IMG/VR virus record: IMGVR_UViG_3300020043_005195
Span: 1 to 48,482 of that record
Length of the DNA: 48,482 nucleotides
Origin: a virus
Lineage: Duplodnaviria > Caudoviricetes
Strand: one strand, 5' to 3'
The notes below the pieces were generated by a model that had not been told where the DNA came from, did not search any database, and saw only the letters and a list, made by a program, of their open reading frames with translations. The position numbers and the translations under genes were made by a program. Positions 20,535-28,868 of the stretch are shown here, in pieces. Each line of letters begins with the position of its first letter. Positions within the stretch are counted from its first letter, which is position 1.

Positions 20535-22607
20535 CTAGATAAAGGTTGACAAGCCCCCGAGTTCTCTCTTCTCCCATATCCTAGTTCCGTTAGACGAATC
20601 AAAAGCTTCCTCTAAGAAGCAGCCTCTAAGTGCTTTCTCGATTCTCTCGTAGGTTCTCTGATTTAATCCTTTGGCAAGGTAGCCTTGAGAGATTAGGAAT
20701 TGGTAGATCTCGTCGAGTCGCCACTTAGTTTTCTCACTGCTACTAACTAGCGATAGGACGGGAGAGGTTAAAGGCTCTACAGTGTTCTTCTCGTTTACTA
20801 TTCTGTCATGCTCATCGGAAGGCACCTCATAGAAGCTCTCTCCATTTTTAAATCTAACTATCCCTTCAGCGAATAGTTGATCGCGAACAGCGCCTATTGC
20901 CGTAGTGTTAATCACGACATTCGAAGGAACTACTATGGGCCAGAATCTTCTACCGCCCATTCCACCCTCAAGATATTTTGAGTCGTTAGTCGTACCGATT
21001 AGAATGAAACCGCGTTGACACTTCTTAGCTTTTCTCGCATACAGTCCGCGTATCATGTCCGTACTGTTAGAGATAAAACCTTTCACTAGATTGGCGTCTT
21101 GCCCCTTTAAACCGATTAGTTCGGGAAGCTCTACCACTATTGACTGATGCATCTTTCGAAGCTCATCAAGATCTTTAAAAGCCGCACTGTTAGTAGGAGA
21201 GTATGAGTACTCCCCTCCTATAGCTTGGACCAGCGTCGACTTCCTTACCCCCTCACTCCCCTCGAAGACTATCACGTGATCGAACTTAGTTCCGGGGTGT
21301 AGCCCACGTGCAGCCAGAGCTATCCACATATTTTTAGACACTGCCCTTGTGTACTCAGTGAAAGGTATTCCGACGTAGTCCCTCAGGAACGTATCGATCC
21401 TAGGTACCCCATCCCACACTAACTCTTTAAGATATTTTTTATGCGGGTCAATCTGTCTCACGGCCATGAGTACATCAAGGGCTCCGCCGATGGTGGCCTT
21501 CTTAACTCGCTGAAGTCCTAGCCCGTGATTTACTGACTGGATCATGGGGCTCAAGATATTGGCCAGCTCAGCGTCAGAATAGTGTACGCCTTTGAATACA
21601 TACATATCTATTCTTACGTCATGGAATAATTCTTCCAGAGAGAACATTGCGCCTAAAAGTGCAGCGACGTTAGTTTCAGATGCGATGATAGATACTTTGC
21701 CAGCATTGTCGAAGGCCACGGGAACAGCGGATCGATCAAAGATTTCCTGAATAGAGAAGGGAGTCGCAGTATTGGTAGCGCCTTCTCTCATCATAGACTC
21801 TTTAATGATGGCGAATATTGTACCCGGTCCGACACTTCCATACTTCTCAGCGCGAGCTACGATATCCTGAGCTTTCATTTCATCGCCCGGGATATAGTTT
21901 CTATTGTGGGTCCACATCTCCACTAACTCGTCGAGTAATACAGGATCATCGATGCCCGCTTTCAGAGCGAACAGCCCGTCTCTCCACTCGGAGTAGCTAG
22001 GCTTACCGTTTATCTGGAACCACTCGATGCGAGCTTTCAGATCTTTAATTTGGGCTTCTGAGTAGGGACTGTGTAGATTAACCAGAGCGTGCGCAGGAGT
22101 ATCGAATGTTTTCACATCATCAGGTCGTCCCTTTGCGTGCATTAGTGCGTCGAGTAGTGCTTCGGGAGCTTCAGCTATTTGCTGAACATTTCCCCACTCG
22201 ATAGAGTAACCTCGCGAAGGCGGAGCAGCTACCCATCCGTTATAAACTACGTCCACTCCGGGAGCTAGTCGCGCAGGTGGGCTGAAGAATCTCTCGTCGA
22301 TAGATAAGGGTAGATAGTAATAGAAGTGAAAGCCTCCGGATCTAGTTCGCACAGTGTAGGTAGGTGCAAGCCCAGCCTCCATGCAGAAATTAGTCCACCA
22401 CTCGCGACCATCACTCTTATGACCTTCGCCATTGGAGCCCGCAGCGTCCACATCTATGATTACAAGTCGGTTAGGTTTTGCAGGAATCCCAATAGCGGGA
22501 AGCTGCTTTTCGATTAGATCTTTATAGGAGAAGGTCTCTACAGTTTTCCCCGAGTAGTCATGGGATATCTTTGTACCTTCTACGAATCGTATTGCTTTTA
22601 AATCCAT
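20535..22607 (-). CDS. Primase-polymerase (Prim-Pol) fused to PriCT-like linker and VirE/VapE-like P-loop helicase
   Basis: 'IIDVD', 'RTRSGGFHFYY' AEP motifs; 'SYSEWRDGLFALK'; 'WDGVPRI', 'GSEGVRKST', 'IGTTND', 'GRRFWPI'. Confidence 0.9.
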   Translation of the reverse strand: MDLKAIRFVEGTKISHDYSGKTVETFSYKDLIEKQLPAIGIPAKPNRLVIIDVDAAGSNGEGHKSDGREWWTNFCMEAGLAPTYTVRTRSGGFHFYYYLPLSIDERFFSPPARLAPGVDVVYNGWVAAPPSRGYSIEWGNVQQIAEAPEALLDALMHAKGRPDDVKTFDTPAHALVNLHSPYSEAQIKDLKARIEWFQINGKPSYSEWRDGLFALKAGIDDPVLLDELVEMWTHNRNYIPGDEMKAQDIVARAEKYGSVGPGTIFAIIKESMMREGATNTATPFSIQEIFDRSAVPVAFDNAGKVSIIASETNVAALLGAMFSLEELFHDVRIDMYVFKGVHYSDAELANILSPMIQSVNHGLGLQRVKKATIGGALDVLMAVRQIDPHKKYLKELVWDGVPRIDTFLRDYVGIPFTEYTRAVSKNMWIALAARGLHPGTKFDHVIVFEGSEGVRKSTLVQAIGGEYSYSPTNSAAFKDLDELRKMHQSIVVELPELIGLKGQDANLVKGFISNSTDMIRGLYARKAKKCQRGFILIGTTNDSKYLEGGMGGRRFWPIVVPSNVVINTTAIGAVRDQLFAEGIVRFKNGESFYEVPSDEHDRIVNEKNTVEPLTSPVLSLVSSSEKTKWRLDEIYQFLISQGYLAKGLNQRTYERIEKALRGCFLEEAFDSSNGTRIWEKRELGGLSTFI

Positions 22608-22624
22608 GGTGTCACCTAGTTAAA

Positions 22625-23101
22625 TTAAATAAAACTCTCTAGCTTTAATGAAAACTCTTCTGTCTCGTCTACCCTGAAGTCCTTATTGTTTTGTACCTCT
22701 GGCACTTTTAAAGTGGAGGCTAGACCGTAAGCTATTTCGAGAAGGGTGACAAACTTCTGAAACGGAATAACGGCCATAGCCTCCATTCTAATCCCTTTAG
22801 TGACTAGAACTGGAATATCTTTTTTATCTTTAAGTCTTACTTCATAAATCTTTCCGATAGGTGCGTAGTTCTGATAGTTCTTGCACTGTATTTTAAAGAT
22901 GTCAGTGCCCTGTATATCGACGCCCACGACTGAGGAAGCTTGCATTTCAAGCTGTCTCTCTGCCTCCGGAAAAATATGAGAAAGCTGGTTAGCGATCTCA
23001 CGCTCAAACTGTTTTCCTTTTGCTGCCCCATTAACTTTCTTTTTCTTAGATGAAGTCGCTAAGCTGGATGTCTTTTCCGCCGCTGGTTTTTTCGTTGCCA
23101 C
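22625..23101 (-). CDS. Holliday junction resolvase-like PD-(D/E)XK nuclease
   Basis: 'KGKQFEREIANQL...VDI...IQCK'; probable GTG start 23101 after AAGGAG. Confidence 0.75.
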   Translation of the reverse strand: MATKKPAAEKTSSLATSSKKKKVNGAAKGKQFEREIANQLSHIFPEAERQLEMQASSVVGVDIQGTDIFKIQCKNYQNYAPIGKIYEVRLKDKKDIPVLVTKGIRMEAMAVIPFQKFVTLLEIAYGLASTLKVPEVQNNKDFRVDETEEFSLKLESFI

Positions 23102-23324
23102 CGTTCTCTCCTTGATAAATTTCAATAATACTTTTGCCTAAAAATTTCTCGATCCATAAGAGGTGATGGGCGTTGAATCTTCGTCCTGCTAAAATACCTT
23201 TAATAGTACCTAGCTGCTCCTTCGCAATTCTTGATAGATCGTGGATAGATATGCTCTGATTCCTGAGTTCATTTGTCAAAAGCGTTGCAATAAGTTTATA
23301 AAACTTTTCATGTCTTTTATTCAT
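23046..23324 (-). CDS. XRE-like helix-turn-helix protein
   Basis: 'ISIHDLSRIAKEQLGTIKGILAGRR' HTH pattern; ATG overlaps the polymerase stop. Confidence 0.6.
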   Translation of the reverse strand: MNKRHEKFYKLIATLLTNELRNQSISIHDLSRIAKEQLGTIKGILAGRRFNAHHLLWIEKFLGKSIIEIYQGENGGNEKTSGGKDIQLSDFI

Positions 23325-26059
23325 TTTAGATATCTCCTACCTGTATCTACTGATGCACCGATTCTCATATCGGTACACCATGATGGATTAATACACATTA
23401 AACGCTCAAATTCAGCCTCTCGCCCCTTGACTGCTTGGGCCCACATTTCATCATGGATTAAGGTCAGAATGTCAAAGCCTGCCTGTTCCAAGCGGTAGAT
23501 AGCAGGGACTAGAATGTCCCTTGCAGTCGCCGATGTTACGTGCTCGGTTAGTAGCCCGCCGTATAGCTTCTTTCTAAATACTGCACCACCGTCGTCAGCT
23601 AAATAGGTTAGCCCTTCATGATCGATCTTGACATCGTGGTAAAATAGTTCCCCTCCACTCGGCAATCGGATCCTAACTCCGACAGCTCCGGGCTTAGGGC
23701 ACGACATTCGCATCACGTGAAGCTTGTTGTTGCATAGCTGAGTCGTAGTCCCGTACTGTGCGGCTGCCTTCATTGCGTACTCTAAGTTAGTCCATAGGTC
23801 AGTGATCTGGGGGTATTTATTTCTATAGGCATACACCGCTTGCTTGGCTAAGTTCTCAGTGATTCGAAGCCCTATCTTTTTAAAGACATCGACTCTGAAT
23901 TTGGCATGGCCCATTCCGTAACCACAATTATGGACTAGCCCTGATGAAGTCAAATACCTGTTCAGGTTCCCGCAGTCTTTTATGTCGTACACTGGGACGA
24001 TTTTTGTTATTAGTCGATTGGCTGACCACTCGAAGGTTTCCGGCCTCATAGTGTCCATCATTATTAATCCGGTCAATCGTGAAGCCCCATTGGTCAAACC
24101 CATCCAACGTAATGATATGTTCCAAAAATTCGCGAAAGGATTTGAATCGTACCTCAATTCCTCTACCGCCGTAGCGTGACCAATCTTTGTCCATGGTATT
24201 TTCACACCGTTTTCTTGCATTATGGTAGCAAGCGTTCCATCTTTTTCTAATCCTTGGGTCAGGAACCAAGTCGCTGCAAGCATCGGGTTTCGTATTTGTT
24301 CTGGCCCTAAGAGAGTTCGCGCAGTTAATACAAGTTCTGGCTCTGCCTCGCCAGAGTTTATCCACGCGAACAGACGCTTCAGTCCCGCATACGCAGCGGA
24401 CAGGGACATGACGTTCGACACCACGTTTGAACTCGTCTCCCACAACAGTCCATCCTCCAAAAGTTTGTCCCAGTATAGGGCTTTCGTATCCTCGCTTAGA
24501 GCCATTTCCACGGCGGTTAGCCACCCTTGGTTCGACAGTATTAAGTGATCCGGAGTCAATTCTATATTCAGTCTCTCGATCCGCATAACGCTCTTCATAC
24601 CGTTTACTGATAGTCCTCCGTGGCGGACAAACTTCTCCCCGTCCCATATTAAATCCTCCGATAATATATCCTCTATCGCGATAAGCCCGCGCTCAGTAAA
24701 CACTCTTGTCCATCCTGCCACGCACCCCAATGCCGCCGACTTACCAAGCTGTCTTTCATCGGAGTCTTTCTTTACTGTGCTAACGTCTATGCTGTAGATC
24801 GTAGCTGCCATATCTTCGTACCATCCGTCGGGTATAGGACCTAAGCCTACAAGCCAGAAGAGAACTGTAGGTTCAATACGAGACCAGTCACCACAGTAAA
24901 ATTCTAGCCCGTGATCAGGGATCCATATACGTCGAAGTAGGTTCTTTATAAAACCTAAAGGATCTTGCAGCGATGGGCGCTTGATCTTAAGTGGGGTAGT
25001 TATGTCGTCTGCGTTTAGATCGAAGTCAATCTTGTCGGGCTTCTTTCTATCCACTCGTGGGAAGTTTTGAATCTGAACTCCGCGACCTGCCCAGCGTTTA
25101 GTCTGAGCATAATGGTAGGCGAGGAGGTTATAGATTCTCCCGTTGTACATAATAGATTTAGCTGTATCTACTTTAGCTAAGCTTGTGGATCCTGCGAGGT
25201 CCTTAATCTCTAGTGCCTCTTTAGCAAAGGTAGGAATTTCAGGGCGATCATCAAGCATCATTTCCCTGATAGTATCAGCCTGCATATTTTCAATCCAAGG
25301 GTAGTACTGGCTGAACCACTCCTTCGTTTTAGTCGGAGAGTTTAATTTAACCTTGCCACCTACAAGTCGATCGAACTTAGCTGTGAGTGTAGGCATCTCT
25401 TCTTTTATAATTTTATCCATCTCATTGATAAGATCTGTATCAACTCTAATACCTCGAAGGTTTCTCCTGAAGGTCCACTCCCAAGCGAAACGCTCAGGTG
25501 CAGGGAGGGCAGGGCACAGATAGTATATATCTCGAAGCAGTCTAGTGTCGGTGCGCCCGTAGATCTCGAACTGTTCCCACTCATTCTCGTCAAGCTCAAT
25601 GAACTGTCCGGTTCTAGGGTTAGGCTTACACTGCTTGAGCATTAATTTTCTGCCCTCTTTATCTTTGTTGTATGGCATACCTAAGATATCAGCGGCACGT
25701 CCAAGACTTGCGCCGACTCTATAGTGGCAGGTGAGTGCCATGTTATCTTCTATGTTCTCAATCTTGGGATTCTCAATACAGCCAATGACTTTATTTTTGA
25801 AAGGGATCGTCCATATCAAGTAATCGAAGCCTATATTGTGCGCGATAAAATTATATTTGTGTGGGTTCATGGCGACTTCAATTAAGTCTTCATGAATATG
25901 CTGACCTTTGCGCCAAGCTTTCACGATACCAGTGCGACCGAAACACCAAGTTAGTAAGGTGGCTTCCGTCGAAGGGTGAAGGGCATAATTGATTGAGTCT
26001 ACCTCAGTAAGGTCAGCATGACTGCGGGTCTCAAAGTCGAAAAAGAAATCTATCTTCAT
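23321..26059 (-). CDS. Family A DNA polymerase containing an intein (912-aa precursor, 646 aa after splicing)
   Basis: ExoI 'FDFET', ExoII 'AHNIGFD', 'TKRWAG..VQIQNFP', motif A 'DWSRIE', motif B 'RQLGKSAALG/CGYG', motif C 'IHDE'. Confidence 0.95.
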   Translation of the reverse strand: MKIDFFFDFETRSHADLTEVDSINYALHPSTEATLLTWCFGRTGIVKAWRKGQHIHEDLIEVAMNPHKYNFIAHNIGFDYLIWTIPFKNKVIGCIENPKIENIEDNMALTCHYRVGASLGRAADILGMPYNKDKEGRKLMLKQCKPNPRTGQFIELDENEWEQFEIYGRTDTRLLRDIYYLCPALPAPERFAWEWTFRRNLRGIRVDTDLINEMDKIIKEEMPTLTAKFDRLVGGKVKLNSPTKTKEWFSQYYPWIENMQADTIREMMLDDRPEIPTFAKEALEIKDLAGSTSLAKVDTAKSIMYNGRIYNLLAYHYAQTKRWAGRGVQIQNFPRVDRKKPDKIDFDLNADDITTPLKIKRPSLQDPLGFIKNLLRRIWIPDHGLEFYCGDWSRIEPTVLFWLVGLGPIPDGWYEDMAATIYSIDVSTVKKDSDERQLGKSAALGCVAGWTRVFTERGLIAIEDILSEDLIWDGEKFVRHGGLSVNGMKSVMRIERLNIELTPDHLILSNQGWLTAVEMALSEDTKALYWDKLLEDGLLWETSSNVVSNVMSLSAAYAGLKRLFAWINSGEAEPELVLTARTLLGPEQIRNPMLAATWFLTQGLEKDGTLATIMQENGVKIPWTKIGHATAVEELRYDSNPFANFWNISLRWMGLTNGASRLTGLIMMDTMRPETFEWSANRLITKIVPVYDIKDCGNLNRYLTSSGLVHNCGYGMGHAKFRVDVFKKIGLRITENLAKQAVYAYRNKYPQITDLWTNLEYAMKAAAQYGTTTQLCNNKLHVMRMSCPKPGAVGVRIRLPSGGELFYHDVKIDHEGLTYLADDGGAVFRKKLYGGLLTEHVTSATARDILVPAIYRLEQAGFDILTLIHDEMWAQAVKGREAEFERLMCINPSWCTDMRIGASVDTGRRYLK
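23927..24724 (-). mobile_element. Intein (266 aa, residues 446-711) in polymerase motif B
   Basis: Block A 'CVAGWTRV', block B 'LTPDHLI', block F 'VYDI', block G 'LVHN' followed by +1 Cys; removal restores 'KSAALGCGYGMG'. Confidence 0.93.
23928..24647 (-). CDS. HNH-type homing endonuclease nested in the -1 frame of the intein
   Basis: 'GQTFGGWTV', 'RCVCG..TCINC', 'YGGRGI', 'IDRINNDGHYEAGNLR...NNKNR'; GGAGG 7 nt before the ATG. Confidence 0.88.
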   Translation of the reverse strand: MGRGEVCPPRRTISKRYEERYADRETEYRIDSGSLNTVEPRVANRRGNGSKRGYESPILGQTFGGWTVVGDEFKRGVERHVPVRCVCGTEASVRVDKLWRGRARTCINCANSLRARTNTKPDACSDLVPDPRIRKRWNACYHNARKRCENTMDKDWSRYGGRGIEVRFKSFREFLEHIITLDGFDQWGFTIDRINNDGHYEAGNLRVVSQSTNNKNRPSVRHKRLREPEQVFDFIRASP

Positions 26060-26283
26060 ACGGTGAACTCCGCGTCTACATCTCTCATAAAATCTTTCAT
26101 ATAATTTTTTAGCTCTCCATCCCCATTAACTTTAGCAATGCAACCATCGAGGTCAGTGGATAGCTCTAAGTAGGTAAAGTTCTCTAGCCCGAAGACAGTG
26201 AAGACCTGATCATTCTTTTCCGCCCCAGATGAGGTGTTCCAGAACGTATACCAGTTTGAATTTTGAAATCTTGAATAACTCAT
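26056..26283 (-). CDS. Hypothetical protein
   Basis: 75 aa, AGGTGACA RBS, stop overlaps the polymerase ATG. Confidence 0.7.
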   Translation of the reverse strand: MSYSRFQNSNWYTFWNTSSGAEKNDQVFTVFGLENFTYLELSTDLDGCIAKVNGDGELKNYMKDFMRDVDAEFTV

Positions 26284-26376
26284 TGGTTGTCACCTAGTTT
26301 AAAGCGGGAGTCTTTCCTCCCTGTCACGCACTTATTTTATAATGGAGGGACACTTGCGGATCCTCCCGGCTGAAAT

Positions 26377-26847
26377 CTAAATAAAACTAACTGGAGCTTG
26401 TTGAGCTGCACCTAGCGTAGGAAGTTTTTCCATGAGCAAAGGTACAATAAGATTCAACTGAGCATCCGCTAACTCAGAGAGTTTCCCCGGAGCAATGTTA
26501 CAAGAGTTGAACACGTTCGCCACGACCTGAGTAATCTCTGGACCGGGAACGCCTCTTTGAGAAGCAGCATTAATCGCAGCGATAACGCCCGATAGTGCCG
26601 CGTCTCTATTGAACACTACTGCAGCCGGAGCAGCTACTGGAGCAGCCGGAGCAGCTACTGGAGCAGCCACAGGAATAGCTTGAGCAGCAGTCTGTACTGG
26701 CATAGGCGCTGGCTCTGCTTTCGCTTTAGCTTTCGCAGGTGCTTTAGGTGCAGCTTCTACTACAGTCGAAGGTACTGCGACTGTCTTGCCGTTTACGAAA
26801 TTTTGTAATTCTTCAAGTGTCTTAAACTCTACAGTAAACTTATACAT
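26377..26847 (-). CDS. Ala/Pro-rich linker protein of the replication module
   Basis: 156 aa, AAGGAG SD; short N-terminal domain, PAPVAA linker, helical C-terminal domain. Confidence 0.7.
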   Translation of the reverse strand: MYKFTVEFKTLEELQNFVNGKTVAVPSTVVEAAPKAPAKAKAKAEPAPMPVQTAAQAIPVAAPVAAPAAPVAAPAAVVFNRDAALSGVIAAINAASQRGVPGPEITQVVANVFNSCNIAPGKLSELADAQLNLIVPLLMEKLPTLGAAQQAPVSFI

Positions 26848-26856
26848 AAACTCTCC

Positions 26857-27546
26857 TTACATGAACGTCGATGGTGTCATCGGCTGATTATATTGTTGTG
26901 GTTGTGCGGGCTGAGCAGGTGCAGTCGGAGGCCATGTGACTGTTCCTGCAGGTGCAGCTACGGGTTGAGCTATACCCATGTCTGCAGCGAATGATCCAAA
27001 CACTTGGTTCACGTCGACTTGAGGTATTCCTCCCTCTTTCTCTCCACCCGGCATAATCATAACAGCAAGTAGGTTAGCACTTAAACCTTTCTTCTCTCCA
27101 GTGAGAGCGTAGAAACTAAAGCTAACTACCGCGTTCATTCCAGAGTAGACCTTTGCTGGATCCATTAAAGGCTGACGATTATGATCAACGATTAACGGTG
27201 GGAATTGATCGCCCGACGACAGGTTAATCCAATAAGAATCTTTAAGGAAAGCGTGATTAGGCTTCCCATCAGTGCGCTGATAAACGCCCCACTTCTTAAT
27301 CGGATTCACGAAATACTGGTCAGGGATAGTAGGAAAAAATTTCTGCTTTGACTCAGCTAAAAACGCTCCCACTTGCGCTGTCATAGCTGCGTTCTGCGGA
27401 GAGTTCATAGGCCATGAGAACATCGCGCTGTACTTCAATCTCTCCCCCGGCTTTCTCGCCTTAGGCTGAAGTAGATCAGGGAAAAATACTCGTCCCTGAA
27501 AGGTAAATTTCTTGTCGTAGAAAAAAGACTTCATCTCGTTTGACAT
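26857..27546 (-). CDS. Single-stranded DNA-binding protein (DUF2815/Enc34-like)
   Basis: 'RVFFPDLLQP...KYSA', 'VYSGMNAVVS..FYA..KKGLSANL'; sits between DUF2800 and PolA; start placed after AAGGAGG. Confidence 0.8.
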   Translation of the reverse strand: MSNEMKSFFYDKKFTFQGRVFFPDLLQPKARKPGERLKYSAMFSWPMNSPQNAAMTAQVGAFLAESKQKFFPTIPDQYFVNPIKKWGVYQRTDGKPNHAFLKDSYWINLSSGDQFPPLIVDHNRQPLMDPAKVYSGMNAVVSFSFYALTGEKKGLSANLLAVMIMPGGEKEGGIPQVDVNQVFGSFAADMGIAQPVAAPAGTVTWPPTAPAQPAQPQQYNQPMTPSTFM

Positions 27547-27556
27547 AAGTTCCTCC

Positions 27557-28813
27557 TTATTCAATTGTTACAGTTTCTTCAAAAGCAGCAAAAGCAGACA
27601 ATATCTCTTGCACTTTTTCGTCTAACACTATTAATTCTTTCGATACAGGTTTTACAGTAAGCACGTCGCATTTATTTTTACCGACTAATTTCTCTACTTC
27701 AGTGATGGTGATCAGTTTCTGCACCATCCTTACAGGTTCTACCTTAGGAAAAGTTTCTTTAATTCTTTTCGCCATATCTTCAATGTCATCATTAACCCAG
27801 CGTCTGCGACCTTCTTTATCTCGAAGAACTACGCCCTGTAAAGCCTCTCCCTGCGCCAGTCTAAAAGTCAATTCGCTCTTAGCATCTTCCGCCATCTTTG
27901 ACAGTAGCGGAGCAAGACTTATAATTTTTATCAATGCTTTATCTCTCTTAGCTTCTTTCTCTGGATCCACTAATGCAGAGTCAGTAGGTCGAACAGCTTC
28001 CATGGTTTTAAAAAACTCATTAAAGTTTTGATTGGCCATATCTACAGCTTGCTGTTTTATCATAGGACATTTAAGTGCAGGGTCTTTAGTTCTTTTGGCA
28101 GGACACCAGAAGCAGTGAGATCCGCCGACGGGTTCCTCATCTAGCTTGCTTCTCTTTATCGCAGTAACCACTTCATCTTCAAGAACTTCAAGGTCAGCTA
28201 TTGTATAGTCGTCGACCTTAGGGATCACTGCCATTCTAGGCTGGTGAACTACGGCAAAGAACATATAGTCTTCAGGAATATTTTCTAAGTTTCTCATCAC
28301 TCCAAGTGCATACTGTTTTAACTGAACACTGCCTTTCTTAACTTCTTTGCCTTTACCGTATTTAAAATCTAAAACTACAGTTCCAAGGGTTCCTATGATA
28401 AGGAAGTCAGCGGTCCCAAAACATTCATCCTCTAAAAATATAGGGATCCCCACTTCTTGACCGAACCAAATAACCTCCCCGAGTATGTCGTCGCGCTTTA
28501 ACCACGCAGTAACTACGTCAAGGAATTGATGGGCACAGTCTAGCATCTCTTCACCTTGATCAGGTAAATGCGCGAGCTGCATATTTATGTGAGGAGGAAA
28601 ATCAATTCCAAAATAGTCACGACGAAATACTGCTTCGCAAACTGAGTGAGCTAGAACTCCCTCCTTAGCGTAGGAAGAGGTCTCGTTCGGTATGTCTGCT
28701 GATAATTTAATACTGGCAGGGCAAGCCATCCATCTCTCGCTTGCACTTGGAGAGTAAACGCTGTGCTCTGATGGACGAACATAGTCCAGTAAAGCTTTCT
28801 TAATTGTAATCAT
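27557..28813 (-). CDS. DUF2800 Cas4-like PD-(D/E)XK exonuclease
   Basis: 'HSVYSPSASERWMACP', 'GTADF', 'DFKYGKG', 'QLKQYALG', 'HCFWCPAK'. Confidence 0.88.
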   Translation of the reverse strand: MITIKKALLDYVRPSEHSVYSPSASERWMACPASIKLSADIPNETSSYAKEGVLAHSVCEAVFRRDYFGIDFPPHINMQLAHLPDQGEEMLDCAHQFLDVVTAWLKRDDILGEVIWFGQEVGIPIFLEDECFGTADFLIIGTLGTVVLDFKYGKGKEVKKGSVQLKQYALGVMRNLENIPEDYMFFAVVHQPRMAVIPKVDDYTIADLEVLEDEVVTAIKRSKLDEEPVGGSHCFWCPAKRTKDPALKCPMIKQQAVDMANQNFNEFFKTMEAVRPTDSALVDPEKEAKRDKALIKIISLAPLLSKMAEDAKSELTFRLAQGEALQGVVLRDKEGRRRWVNDDIEDMAKRIKETFPKVEPVRMVQKLITITEVEKLVGKNKCDVLTVKPVSKELIVLDEKVQEILSAFAAFEETVTIE

Positions 28814-28839
28814 TTGTCACCTATCCTTATCGTTCGACG

Positions 28840-28868
28840 ATATTAATCACGTTAAATAAAAGTGTCAA
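28840..28868 (-). promoter_or_regulatory. Sigma70-type promoter TTGACA-N17-TAATAT for the exonuclease-SSB-Pol operon
   Basis: Perfect -35, 17-bp spacer, followed by a leader shared with the 33733-33761 promoter. Confidence 0.75.
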
